Source: Nitrospiraceae bacterium
Lineage (GTDB): Bacteria > Nitrospirota > Nitrospiria > Nitrospirales > UBA8639
Direction of reading: 5' to 3'
Length of the DNA: 64,000 bases
Assembly: GCA_020632595.1 (NCBI GenBank)
Contig: JACKFF010000006.1
Location: forward strand, 1,460 to 65,459
Shown here one piece after another: positions 1-9,392 of the stretch. Position numbers and translations under genes: made by a program. Below the pieces are notes generated by a model. It did no database searches. It had not been told where the DNA came from and saw only the letters and a list, made by a program, of their open reading frames with translations. Each line of letters starts with the position of its first letter. The first letter of the stretch is position 1.

Positions 1-2
1 TG

Positions 3-524
3 TCGAATCAATTTAAAAAGATCATCGGGTATCTTCTCGTTGTTTTCCTGGTCATCGGATTTTTTGTGCTGTATCGCTATGTCCAGCCGACAGGGTATCA
101 CCTTCCAGATGACCCGCTTGCGTTGGAGGCGTTGGAATTGGTCAAAAATCACCGATCCCGGCAAGGTTATACGCTGGACGAAGCGGTTCAATTAATGGTG
201 GATGATTTGAAAACCAAAGGCATTCCGTTTCATGAAGGAGATTGGCAGGTGGCCGCACAGGGCGAAGATAAATATATGGTACGTAAAATTGTGCGGGAGA
301 AGGGTTCCATGGAGTGGATCGAGCGGGAATATGCCTGGAGAGTGGATAGCAAGGAAAAGTCGATTCGTGTAATCTCGTTAGCCGCCCAACAATTAATGCC
401 GTTTGAGAATTTGCCGCCACTTCCCCATGGCGATCAAATTTCATCCCTTCCAGGCATGATGCTGAAATTACCTGTTCTGAGCGCACTCGAAGAAGAGTCT
501 GCTAAGGACGTTCTTCTCATGTAA
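3..524 (+). CDS. hypothetical protein, probably N-terminally membrane anchored; frame is open to the window edge
   Basis: ORF 66..524. The same frame has no stop back to nt 3 and encodes a hydrophobic helix (IIGYLLVVFLVIGFFVLY), so the true start may lie upstream of the window. No family recognised. Confidence 0.45.
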   Translation, partial: SNQFKKIIGYLLVVFLVIGFFVLYRYVQPTGYHLPDDPLALEALELVKNHRSRQGYTLDEAVQLMVDDLKTKGIPFHEGDWQVAAQGEDKYMVRKIVREKGSMEWIEREYAWRVDSKEKSIRVISLAAQQLMPFENLPPLPHGDQISSLPGMMLKLPVLSALEEESAKDVLLM

Positions 525-637
525 AGAGCTTTCTGGGTCTACCTGGATGTCTCGGAGTTGCTGCGTGTGTTGTAGTGATTAGTCAGGGAAAGTGCTTGGT
601 AGGAAGGGAATTTTAAAATTCCAGAGTTTGTAGGATT

Positions 638-982
638 TTATAATTGCCTATTCTCAGTTGTTGGTGGGGCGACGTGAATGACGCCATCAACCACCTGTAC
701 TTCATAACACGGCACGTTCCAGCTCGGGCTCGGGTTTTTTTGGCAAACCCCGGTTTTGATATCAAATTTCCATCCGTGCCAGGGGCATTCGACGAAGTTG
801 CCCTCTACAAATCCTTCTCCCAGTGGCCCTCCGGCATGTGGACAGGTATTATCCAGGGCATAAACCACTCCTTCGACATTAAATAAGGCAATGCCGTGAT
901 CCTGGAGCTCAATGCTTTGACAAGTGCCTGGAGGGAGATCTTGAATCTTGGCAACTGGATGAAAGTTCAAGGGCATGGTCAT
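638..982 (-). CDS. small Rieske [2Fe-2S] ferredoxin (NirD-like size)
   Basis: CPHAGGPL and CPWHGWKF give the CxH / CxxH Rieske cluster ligands; 114 aa. Confidence 0.85.
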   Translation of the reverse strand: MTMPLNFHPVAKIQDLPPGTCQSIELQDHGIALFNVEGVVYALDNTCPHAGGPLGEGFVEGNFVECPWHGWKFDIKTGVCQKNPSPSWNVPCYEVQVVDGVIHVAPPTTENRQL

Positions 983-1124
983 CTCTAAGCGGCAAAAACC
1001 CCTAATATATCAACTTCTTCATGCCACAACAAGAGCCAAATGGTCTCTCTTGATTCTCTGGATTCGTCGGTGATATAGGAACAGGGTTTCCTCCAACCTG
1101 GCGAGGTCTCTAGAGTACGTTTGT

Positions 1125-1661
1125 ATGGAAATGACTCTCCTACTCAATGCTACCTACGAGCCATTGCGAGTTGTGCACTGGCAAAAAGCCATCAATTTGT
1201 TATGGCAAGGAAAAGTCGAAGTCCTTGAATTTTATGATCGGGATATTCGAGGGGTGTCCATTTCCTTTAAATTGCCTTCCGTGATGCGTCTTCTCAACAT
1301 GGTCAAGCTTCGTTCGAATCATCATGCGGTGAAATTTTCTCGTATTAATATTTTTACCCGTGACGGGTACACCTGCCAATATTGCTATACACGGTTTCGC
1401 ACCGAAGAATTGACGTTTGATCATGTGGTGCCAATTGCCAAAGGTGGGAAGAAAACATGGGAAAACATTGTGACGGCGTGTTGGCGATGTAATAACCGGA
1501 AAAGCGGGCGTGTTCCCCATGAGGCAGGCATGAAATTACTTAAGGAACCCGTCAAGCCAAAGTGGACTCCACGGCTGACCCTCATGATCGGCATCCGCCA
1601 CGCCCCGGAAAGTTGGCGGGATTACTTATACTGGAATGTGGAATTGGATGCGGATTCCTAA
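1125..1661 (+). CDS. HNH endonuclease family protein
   Basis: CQYC...FDHVVPIAKGGKKTWENIVTACWRCNNRK is an HNH/zinc-finger nuclease motif. Confidence 0.85.
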   Translation: MEMTLLLNATYEPLRVVHWQKAINLLWQGKVEVLEFYDRDIRGVSISFKLPSVMRLLNMVKLRSNHHAVKFSRINIFTRDGYTCQYCYTRFRTEELTFDHVVPIAKGGKKTWENIVTACWRCNNRKSGRVPHEAGMKLLKEPVKPKWTPRLTLMIGIRHAPESWRDYLYWNVELDADS

Positions 1662-1940
1662 ATCCTCCTTCTCTCCTGGGTCCTGATGGTTGTCAGCGGG
1701 GCTACATTTTCCTGGTTTCCGGTGATGGACTGCCTACATCGGAATTCCATGCTCTCATAAGAAGCGAATCCGACGCCTTTCTCGGGCCCGAGCAGGAATG
1801 GTGGGCAATGAGACGGGGCATCACTACGCTGTCTTTTTTTCCCCGATTCCCTGAAATGCTTATCCATGACCCGAATAGGCAGAACGCACAGGATTTATCT
1901 GCCAATCCGGGTCGAACGATTGAGAAATTACGCGTTTGCG

Positions 1941-2093
1941 CTAGGATACTTCGATGAGAGGAATCGGTGCCCGCTCGGCTTGTTTCCGTAGGCCACAATT
2001 GATACACCAGAAAACCAGAAGAGACATTCCTGATTCCATGTCGACTTCTCGATCGAGCAACATCGTTCCTTGGCATTTTTCACAGCGATACAT
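1941..2093 (-). CDS. candidate 50-aa zinc-ribbon protein (below the ORF-track size cutoff)
   Basis: Hand translation: MYRCEKCQGTMLLDREVDMESGMSLLVFWCINCGLRKQAERAPIPLIEVS. Two CxxC pairs lie 22 residues apart. AGGAG sits 8 nt upstream of the ATG (CAGGAGATTCATCTATG). Confidence 0.4.
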   Translation of the reverse strand: MYRCEKCQGTMLLDREVDMESGMSLLVFWCINCGLRKQAERAPIPLIEVS

Positions 2094-2517
2094 AGATGAA
2101 TCTCCTGTGGTTCTACCGGTCAGGCTACAGGAGTCGTCAGAATCAACAGGGAAGAAAGCTTACAGGCATTTGGCCGAGAAAATGAATGAGGACCAAAAAA
2201 AATGAATACAGCCTTGAGCACTGATTCTTCAGACGCGCTGACTCGGAGTGTGAATAAAAAATTGCATGGTCCTGAATGAAGGAATCCTAAAAAAGAGGGG
2301 CAATCTACCATAGGCAAAAAGGTAAAAGCTATGGAATTTAAGTGGGTAAATGAGAATAGATAAGACATCGTCCAGGTTTTAACTTAGTGAGGGAATGGAG
2401 TGAAGATTTGAGCTTCATCTGGCGGTTGATCCGGAAGGGTCTGGTAAGAGACCAAAGTCTGATTCTCACGAAAGTGATTTTGATGATGATTCGAAACCAA
2501 CACTGGTACGGGAGGTT

Positions 2518-3573
2518 ATGAGTTTGGATCTTCAGCCGGATTTTCAGCCCCCTGTTCCCGCAGAGCCCGAATGGGTTTCCTGGACTGATGAACAATTGTT
2601 GAATCTCCGGTTGTCCGATTTGAAGCTTCGCATTTCCGGAACCGAATTGGGTCAATGCGTTCGTCAGTTATACCGCGAATTGAAAGATCACGGGTTAGTG
2701 TTTCGCCCCCATGTCTGGTTGTCGGACGATTGGTATTCGCCTGATGGCACGCCGGGTCTTGCCGTGCCGTTCTATATGGGGCATCCGCGGTTAGCGAAGC
2801 TGGAACTTAATCAAATGTTGGAAGTGGAGGGCGGGACCCCGGAATGGTGTATGCGGATTCTTCGACACGAAACGGGCCATGCGATTGAGAATGCCTACCG
2901 CTTACGGCGGCGGCGCAGCCGGCAACAAATGTTCGGGCATACTTCGGTTCCGTATCCCGATTGTTATTTGCCAAAGCCCTATAGTAAAAGCTTTGTGTTG
3001 CATCTTGATATGTGGTATGCCCAGAGTCATCCGGACGAGGATTTTGCCGAAACCTTTGCCGTCTGGCTTACCCCGCACTCCCATTGGCGTGAACGTTATG
3101 CCGGATGGCCGGCACTAAAAAAACTGGAATATATGGACCGGCTTATGAAGGAGTTGGCGGGGGTTGCGCCGATTGTGACGACCAGGGAACAGGTGGACCC
3201 TATTCAGCGACTGCACAAAACGCTCCGGGAACATTATAAAGACAAGCGGGAACGGTATGGGCTGGACTACCCAAACTTTTATGATCGGGACTTGCGGCGT
3301 CTCTTTTCCGGGGATCCGGATCAATCCCCAAATCCGTCCGCGGAGAATTTTATCAGGAAATTCAGAAAAGAAGTTCGACGGAAAGTCGCTGCATGGACGG
3401 GAGAGTATCAATATACCATTGATCAAGTTTTACAAGATATGATGGCACATTGCCGTGAACGGAATTTGCGATTAGCTGTTCCTGAAGAGCAGGCCAAAGT
3501 GGACTTTACGATTTTATTGACGGTGCAAACGATGAACTATTTGCATGGTGGACGGCATCGGGTGGTGTTATGA
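2518..3573 (+). CDS. putative zinc-dependent metallopeptidase (HExxH)
   Basis: HETGHA motif. GGGAGG lies upstream of the ATG. The stop overlaps the next start (ATGA at 3570-3573). Resembles the 'putative zinc-binding metallopeptidase' family that often pairs with ATP-grasp genes (from memory). Confidence 0.65.
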   Translation: MSLDLQPDFQPPVPAEPEWVSWTDEQLLNLRLSDLKLRISGTELGQCVRQLYRELKDHGLVFRPHVWLSDDWYSPDGTPGLAVPFYMGHPRLAKLELNQMLEVEGGTPEWCMRILRHETGHAIENAYRLRRRRSRQQMFGHTSVPYPDCYLPKPYSKSFVLHLDMWYAQSHPDEDFAETFAVWLTPHSHWRERYAGWPALKKLEYMDRLMKELAGVAPIVTTREQVDPIQRLHKTLREHYKDKRERYGLDYPNFYDRDLRRLFSGDPDQSPNPSAENFIRKFRKEVRRKVAAWTGEYQYTIDQVLQDMMAHCRERNLRLAVPEEQAKVDFTILLTVQTMNYLHGGRHRVVL

Positions 3574-4592
3574 GAAAGCTTCGTGTCATGGCCCTTATGC
3601 ATCAGGATCTCGTGCCACCCGACGATGTGGAGCATGCCGATCTGGCTGAGGTTGAATGGAAAACCGAATTTGATGTGGTCTCCACTCTCCGGGATCTCGG
3701 CCATGAGGTTATGGCTGTCGGTGTCAGAGATGATTTAAGTGTTATTGATAAGCTGGTAACGGATTGGAAGCCGCACATTGCTTTCAATCTGCTGGAAGAA
3801 TTCAATGGCAATCCGGAGTTTGATCAAAATGTCGTGTCTTATTTGGAGCTTCTGGGAGTTCCTTATACCGGATGTAATCCCAAGGGGCTTGTGCTTACCC
3901 GGGATAAGGGCTGGTCAAAAAAAATTATGGCCTATCACGGCATCCGATGCCCGGAGTTTGTGGTCTATCCACTGGGGCGAGTGATCAAGTGGGCAGACGA
4001 GTTTCCCTTTCCGGTCATTGTCAAATCCATTAGTGAAGAAGCGTCCCTCGGCATTTCTCAGGCCTCTATCGTCCATGACGAAGACAAACTCAAAGAACGT
4101 GTTGAATTTGTGCATCAGAGTGTAGGCACAAGCGTCATTGTCGAGCGGTACATTGAAGGGCGGGAACTCTATGTGGGCGTGCTAGGTAATCGACGCTTAC
4201 AAGCCCTGCCGGTTTGGGAGTTGCACTTGAAAAATCTTCCTCCTGATGCGCTGCCGATTGCCACAGCCCGGGTGAAATGGAGTACGAAATATCAAAAAAA
4301 ATATGGGATTCAATCGGGTGAGGTTGAGGGTCTACATCCTAAGCTGGTGCGGCATATTCAACAAACGGCAAAACGGGTCTTTCATATTTTGGGCTTGAAC
4401 GGCTATGCCCGAATGGATTTCCGGTTGGATCCCCAGGAGCACCTGTATATATTGGAAGCCAATCCAAATGCTCAATTGGCGTATGGCGAAGATCTGGCTG
4501 AGTCGGCTGAACGAGCCGGTATTTCCTATGAAGCCCTGATTCAACGAATTCTGAATATCGGTCTGAGCTGGAAACCTGAAAGCCAACGGTAG
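3570..4592 (+). CDS. ATP-grasp enzyme, D-alanine--D-alanine ligase family
   Basis: Ddl-like layout: VIVKSISEEASLGI, ERYIEGRELYVGVLGN, YARMDFRL...LYILEANPN. Confidence 0.8.
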   Translation: MRKLRVMALMHQDLVPPDDVEHADLAEVEWKTEFDVVSTLRDLGHEVMAVGVRDDLSVIDKLVTDWKPHIAFNLLEEFNGNPEFDQNVVSYLELLGVPYTGCNPKGLVLTRDKGWSKKIMAYHGIRCPEFVVYPLGRVIKWADEFPFPVIVKSISEEASLGISQASIVHDEDKLKERVEFVHQSVGTSVIVERYIEGRELYVGVLGNRRLQALPVWELHLKNLPPDALPIATARVKWSTKYQKKYGIQSGEVEGLHPKLVRHIQQTAKRVFHILGLNGYARMDFRLDPQEHLYILEANPNAQLAYGEDLAESAERAGISYEALIQRILNIGLSWKPESQR

Positions 4593-4798
4593 CGGGGATT
4601 CTGAAAAAAACCTGCCCCAAGCAAAGACGAAAGGAAAGGCGAAAGGGCTGTCGGGCAGGACTGTCTTGTCTCTTGCTCTGAAAATCAGGCTGCAGAATAA
4701 TTTCCGTGAGTCCCTGGTTTATTTCTTAGAATGGCGCAATTTTCTAAGATTGCTGGGAAATTCGAGAAGGGATTCGTTTATCTGAGCGCAGAGGGTGG

Positions 4799-7324
4799 TC
4801 ATGAGTTTTTTAATCCTGCTTGCCAAGTGGCAAGCGCCAATAAAGGAAAGTAGTGAGAGTACAAATGGTATTTCAAATAGAAAACGTTGGGGAATCCGGT
4901 TCCAGTCATGAGTTCCTCGTCCCACTCTCCTTGCTGATTCTGATGGGTGAGCAGCCAGTCGATTCCACGATGAACGGGTTTTGAGGTTCGATCGCCAGCC
5001 GCCTCAAGTGCAAGCAGAGCCCAGGCTGTTTGTGAAGGGGTGCTTGATGCTGGAACAAATTCCTGTTTTTCATAGCTAGCACAGCTTTCCCCCCAACCCC
5101 CATCCTGGTTTTGGATTGAGCGTACCCATGTGGCGGCACGCTGGATGGCGGCGTTTGCAGCGGGGGAGCCACTTGCGCGAAGGCCACGCACGGCGAGGAA
5201 TGTCCCATAGGTATAATTTACGCCCCAGCGTCCATCCCAACTCCCATCGGCTTGTTGGTGGCCCAGGAGAAATTGGACGGCACGCGCGATTGCCTGGTGT
5301 TGGTATGTGTAATCACGCCGGCAGAGTGCCTCTAGCACCCGTCCGGTGATATCCGGACAGCTGGGATCAAGCATGGCATTGTGGTCTGCGAATGGGACCT
5401 TATTCAGCAGGGCCCAGTTGTTATCGACATCAAAGGCAGCCCAACCCCCGTCTGAGGATTGCATCCCTAATAACCAATTGATGGCACGACCTTCGGCGCG
5501 GGTCTGCCGGTCGGGATCGGAGGCCTTGGCATGTTGTAGGGCCAACAAGACCATGGCGGTGTCGTCGATATCCGGGTAGAGTTCATTCGCAAATTGGAAA
5601 GGCCATCCTCCAGGTTGCAAATCCGGTCGCTTGACCGACCAGTCTCCTTTGCGGCGAATCTCCTTGCTTAATAGCCAGTCGGCTGCCCGCTGCATGGCTT
5701 GCGGTTCACCAACACCGAGTTCTCCTAATGCAAACATTGAGATAGCGGTATCCCATACGGGGGACAAGCTTGGCTGAAACTGCAAAGCATCTTCTTTCTC
5801 AAGAATGAGTCCTTCAAGCTGCCCTAGTGTGTCAATGAAGTCCGGGTGGTCCCGCTCATAGCCCAGAGCATCCATCGCCATAAGGGCATACATCATTCCC
5901 GGAAAAATTGCTCCCAATCCATCCGTGAACCGCATGTGATCTAACATCCACTTCTCTGCTTCGCGTATCGCCTTAGCGCGAACATCCTTAAATCCCCGCT
6001 TTTCCCAGATTTTTAATATCTTGTCCACCTGATGAAACATGAGAGAAAAGGGATCTTTTCTCGGGAGCCTCAGTTTTCGATTGGGCACCATGAGTTCGTC
6101 AACGGTCCAATTCCCGGGCACGCTGCGTTGTACTCCGGACGCTTGAAGAATGGAAAGGGGGACGACGATGGCCCGACTCCACGATGAAATTTCATACAAG
6201 ACATTCCCAGGGATCAGGACAAGTTCGGGTGGAACGCTTGGAGTGTACTTTCTCGGGAAGAGACCGAACATGCTCAGGTTATTTTTCGTGTAGCTATTGG
6301 TGGCTTGAAGGCCTCCGAGGGCAAGAATGCGTTCACGCGCACGCTGCATAAGTGGTTGGTCGGGATCATAACCACCCACTCGAAGCGCGACGTATGCTCG
6401 GGTGGTGGCGTTAACTTCGGCCGGTCCTTCGGTATAAATGTTCCACCCACCATCTGAAAGTTGCCGGTCAAGGATGGTGCGTATGGCTTCCTTGACTTTT
6501 GTCTGAATTCTGGGCTCCCACGCCCCGTTCTCTGGTGGATAGAGCCAGAGTAAAAGCAACACATAGTCGGATTCCAATGTTGTGTCGGCGGTCAAGTCTC
6601 CCTGCCAAAACCCTTTCGGATTTTGTTTCGCGAGCAGTGCACGCGCAGAGGTTTGGGTGGGTTGGTATGCTTGTCGTTCGAGTTCCTCCACATGTGACTT
6701 AAAGGAAGCCAATTCCGCGATGGCGTCATGAGGCGGTGTGGGTATGGTGGTTGTGGACGTGTCTCTCATGGGTTCTCCTGATTGTGTGTGAGATTGGATC
6801 TCCAAAACAACAGTGGCTCGTTGCTCGCGCGTGGGTGGCGCTAATCCAAGGGCCTCACTGAACCAAAGCCCTTCGACAGCCAGCCGCCCCAAGAGGGAAC
6901 GAGTCGGATCGATGGTATTGGCCAGAAAAATGCTCTGACAATTTTGGTACCGCTCTCGAATGGGTTCAAGTAGGCGGGGATTGATGGAAAACGCCGCCAT
7001 GAGAATGGAGGCAATTTCTTCTCCACGAAGGGACCGATTATGGGCGGGATTGTCGATAATCTCATGGCTAAGAGCCATGCCTGGATGTTCCTCATGAATG
7101 GAGCTAGTGAGAAATTCTCCAACCTGTTTGCGTTCTAAATCCTGGATGAGTAATTCGATAAGCCCCGCGAGTAACTGTTCCTTTCCCTCAAAATGATAGA
7201 GTAAGCCACCTTTACTGATTCCGGCTTCTCGAGCGACATGCTCAAGCGTCAACGCACTGACGCCGTTTCGTCCCAGCAGGTCTATGGCGGTCTCAAGAAT
7301 CAAATGCCGTGTTGAAGTTAGCAT
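4799..7324 (-). CDS. shc: single uninterrupted ORF: TetR-family HTH domain (aa 1-185) followed in frame by squalene-hopene cyclase (aa 186-841)
   Basis: N-terminus LTLEHVAREAGISKGGLLYHF is a TetR HTH. The rest carries repeated QxxxGxW-type motifs (QADGSWDG, QNQDGGWG, QSSDGGWA) and the DIDDTAMV (DxDDTA) catalytic motif of SHC. Confidence 0.8.
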   Translation of the reverse strand: MLTSTRHLILETAIDLLGRNGVSALTLEHVAREAGISKGGLLYHFEGKEQLLAGLIELLIQDLERKQVGEFLTSSIHEEHPGMALSHEIIDNPAHNRSLRGEEIASILMAAFSINPRLLEPIRERYQNCQSIFLANTIDPTRSLLGRLAVEGLWFSEALGLAPPTREQRATVVLEIQSHTQSGEPMRDTSTTTIPTPPHDAIAELASFKSHVEELERQAYQPTQTSARALLAKQNPKGFWQGDLTADTTLESDYVLLLLWLYPPENGAWEPRIQTKVKEAIRTILDRQLSDGGWNIYTEGPAEVNATTRAYVALRVGGYDPDQPLMQRARERILALGGLQATNSYTKNNLSMFGLFPRKYTPSVPPELVLIPGNVLYEISSWSRAIVVPLSILQASGVQRSVPGNWTVDELMVPNRKLRLPRKDPFSLMFHQVDKILKIWEKRGFKDVRAKAIREAEKWMLDHMRFTDGLGAIFPGMMYALMAMDALGYERDHPDFIDTLGQLEGLILEKEDALQFQPSLSPVWDTAISMFALGELGVGEPQAMQRAADWLLSKEIRRKGDWSVKRPDLQPGGWPFQFANELYPDIDDTAMVLLALQHAKASDPDRQTRAEGRAINWLLGMQSSDGGWAAFDVDNNWALLNKVPFADHNAMLDPSCPDITGRVLEALCRRDYTYQHQAIARAVQFLLGHQQADGSWDGRWGVNYTYGTFLAVRGLRASGSPAANAAIQRAATWVRSIQNQDGGWGESCASYEKQEFVPASSTPSQTAWALLALEAAGDRTSKPVHRGIDWLLTHQNQQGEWDEELMTGTGFPNVFYLKYHLYSHYFPLLALATWQAGLKNS
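6767..6780 (-). promoter_or_regulatory. internal Shine-Dalgarno plus ATG at the TetR/SHC junction (CAGGAGAACCCATG)
   Basis: ATG at 6769..6767 is codon 186 of the long ORF, in frame. AGGAG lies 5 nt upstream. Initiation here would give a 655-aa SHC of normal length. Confidence 0.5.
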
Positions 7325-7355
7325 TGTTTTCTACTGTACCGTCTGGCTGGTTTAG

Positions 7356-7367
7356 TTTCAATTGAAA
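7356..7367. promoter_or_regulatory. perfect 12-bp palindrome TTTCAATTGAAA, candidate TetR operator
   Basis: Located 32-43 nt upstream of the TetR-domain start codon (7324, minus strand). Confidence 0.35.
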
Positions 7368-7594
7368 ATTTTGAATCTTACACATCATGAAGAGAGGACG
7401 ATCCTGACTGGATTTAAATTCCCGACAGGAAAAATTTTATGAAAATGGCATTTACGATGGCGGCCAGACCCTTTTCTCAGGTCAATAAAAAAGGAGGAAA
7501 CTTGAAATGAGGTTGGTCCACAAAATAACTGTCTTGGATTTCTGGGACTTCCTACCATTTGCCCGAGACTCAGAGGTGGGAGTTGTGGGGGAAG

Positions 7595-7948
7595 TTAATT
7601 GAAGGCCAGGAAACGGTCGCATCCGTCGATGATGTTTGAGAGAATAACCAAGCCGCAAAAAGTCACTTCTTTGCCATACCCGTCAGTTGAGATGTGGTGT
7701 TGTTGGCATCCATAGGCGCACACAAATAGTTTCAGTCCGTTCTTCGCCAACTCCGAAAATCTCGGGTCTTCTAGGTTTTTGACTCCCTCATCAATAAAAT
7801 ACAAATAGGTATCCACCTTATTAGCTAACGCGGTTTTGGAGAGGTGGTAGACTGTCTCTGCATTGGGATGTTCGGGTGAGGTTGAGAGCAGGAGGCCTAA
7901 TTTTTTGTTGGCGAGAGAAGGATTGGCTATATTAGTGGTGGATTCCAT
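7595..7948 (-). CDS. DsrE/DsrF (TusD)-like sulfur-relay family protein
   Basis: 117 aa. The pattern LLLSTSP...VDTYLYFIDEGV...LFVCAYGC resembles the DsrE fold with a conserved Cys. Assignment is from memory. Confidence 0.55.
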   Translation of the reverse strand: MESTTNIANPSLANKKLGLLLSTSPEHPNAETVYHLSKTALANKVDTYLYFIDEGVKNLEDPRFSELAKNGLKLFVCAYGCQQHHISTDGYGKEVTFCGLVILSNIIDGCDRFLAFN

Positions 7949-8114
7949 AGGAGAAACTGTCTGTATGATAAGGTTTTACGACTGTTTATAGGTGGAATGA
8001 GCTTGGCTGTCAAGCGAATACTCAGAAGGGATCCCTTGCTTGACGTCCTTTTTCCTCTGTCTTTATAATTTACTGATTTTCAAGAGAAATTTTCATCTCT
8101 GATTATTTTTGACG

Positions 8115-8618
8115 ATGGCAAATCTTACGCATTTTAATGAGTCCGGACGGGCTCGAATGGTGGATGTGACGGACAAGTCTCCAACCGAGCGTGTGGCGGT
8201 TGCAGAGGGGAAAGTGTTTGTCTTGCCGGAAACCCTTGAAAAAATTCTTGCAGGTCGAATTACGAAGGGTGATGTGCTGGCCGTGGCTCAGGTAGCCGGT
8301 GTGATGGGGGCCAAACGGACCCCGGATCTGATCCCAATGTGCCATCCCTTACTTCTCACAGGAGTGGATGTCGACTTCCAAGAAGACTCCCACCCTAATT
8401 CTGACGGACGGTGTGTTATTACGATTGTCGCAACGGTGAAAACCACTGGAAATACCGGAGTGGAAATGGAGGCCATGACAGCTGTTTCCGTGGCAGCTCT
8501 GACGATTTATGATATGTGTAAGGCCGTAGATAAAGGCATGGAGTTTGGAGAGATCGCCCTGGTTTCAAAATCCGGGGGAAAGTCAGGCACGTATGTCCGT
8601 GGTCGACAAAGCGGGTAG
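8115..8618 (+). CDS. moaC: cyclic pyranopterin monophosphate synthase MoaC
   Basis: [58 protein letters not shown]. An alternative TTG start lies at 8109. Confidence 0.9.
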   Translation: MANLTHFNESGRARMVDVTDKSPTERVAVAEGKVFVLPETLEKILAGRITKGDVLAVAQVAGVMGAKRTPDLIPMCHPLLLTGVDVDFQEDSHPNSDGRCVITIVATVKTTGNTGVEMEAMTAVSVAALTIYDMCKAVDKGMEFGEIALVSKSGGKSGTYVRGRQSG

Positions 8619-8665
8619 GAACGATGATGACCATTCTTCGAGCTTGGTCATGGGAGTTTTAAATT

Positions 8666-8926
8666 GTGAAGATTAAATTATTCGGGATGTTGAAGACCAT
8701 GATTCCCGGTGGGAAGGATTTAGAAGTGGCCTTTTCCGAAGGTGAACAGGTTAAGGATCTGGTTCATGCCATACAGAGGGAATATCCTCAGGTTGGTGAA
8801 TTGCTCGAAAAGAAAAAAGTGCTGGTGTCGGTGAATCAAGAAATCGCTCATTGGGACACGGTGCTGGATACGGCTGATGAGGTCGCATTATTGCCTCCCT
8901 TTGCGGGAGGATCAGGCGAATTATGA
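8666..8926 (+). CDS. moaD: molybdopterin synthase sulfur carrier MoaD (ThiS/MoaD fold) with a 4-residue tail after the Gly-Gly
   Basis: 86 aa ending ...ALLPPFAGGSGEL, located between moaC and moaE. GTG start. Confidence 0.75.
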   Translation: MKIKLFGMLKTMIPGGKDLEVAFSEGEQVKDLVHAIQREYPQVGELLEKKKVLVSVNQEIAHWDTVLDTADEVALLPPFAGGSGEL

Positions 8927-8948
8927 TCTCAGGAGAAAGGGCAATCCA

Positions 8949-9392
8949 ATGGCTGTTGAATTAGAAGAAAGCATGCTGGTTCGGGTGCAACTGGAAAATT
9001 TTTCCATTGATGAAGAATTGGATCGAGTGCGGTCACGGTCCCGTCGAATCGGGGGAATTGCCATGTTTTTGGGTACGGCTCGTGATCGCTCCAAGGGTCG
9101 AGACGTGAGTTCCATGAGTTTTGATCACTACGAAGGGATGGCCCAGAAAAAGCTCAAAGAAATCCGAGAACAGGCACTTCGTGATTTTGCCATTATTGAG
9201 GCATTGGTCCTGCATCGCTATGGTCCCATTGAAATTGGTGAAAATATTGTGCTGATCATCGTTGGGGCTGAACATCGTGCTGATGCGTTTAAGGCTTGCC
9301 AATGGTGTATCGATGAACTCAAGAAAATTACTCCAATCTGGAAAATGGAAACGACGCCTGAAGGCGAAGTGTGGGTGGAGGAACACCCATAA
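8949..9392 (+). CDS. moaE: molybdopterin synthase catalytic subunit MoaE
   Basis: GGIAMFLGTARD...HYEGMA...VGAEHRADAFKACQWCIDELKKITPIWK. ATG at 8949 was chosen over the long ORF start at 8877, which overlaps moaD. Confidence 0.85.
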   Translation: MAVELEESMLVRVQLENFSIDEELDRVRSRSRRIGGIAMFLGTARDRSKGRDVSSMSFDHYEGMAQKKLKEIREQALRDFAIIEALVLHRYGPIEIGENIVLIIVGAEHRADAFKACQWCIDELKKITPIWKMETTPEGEVWVEEHP

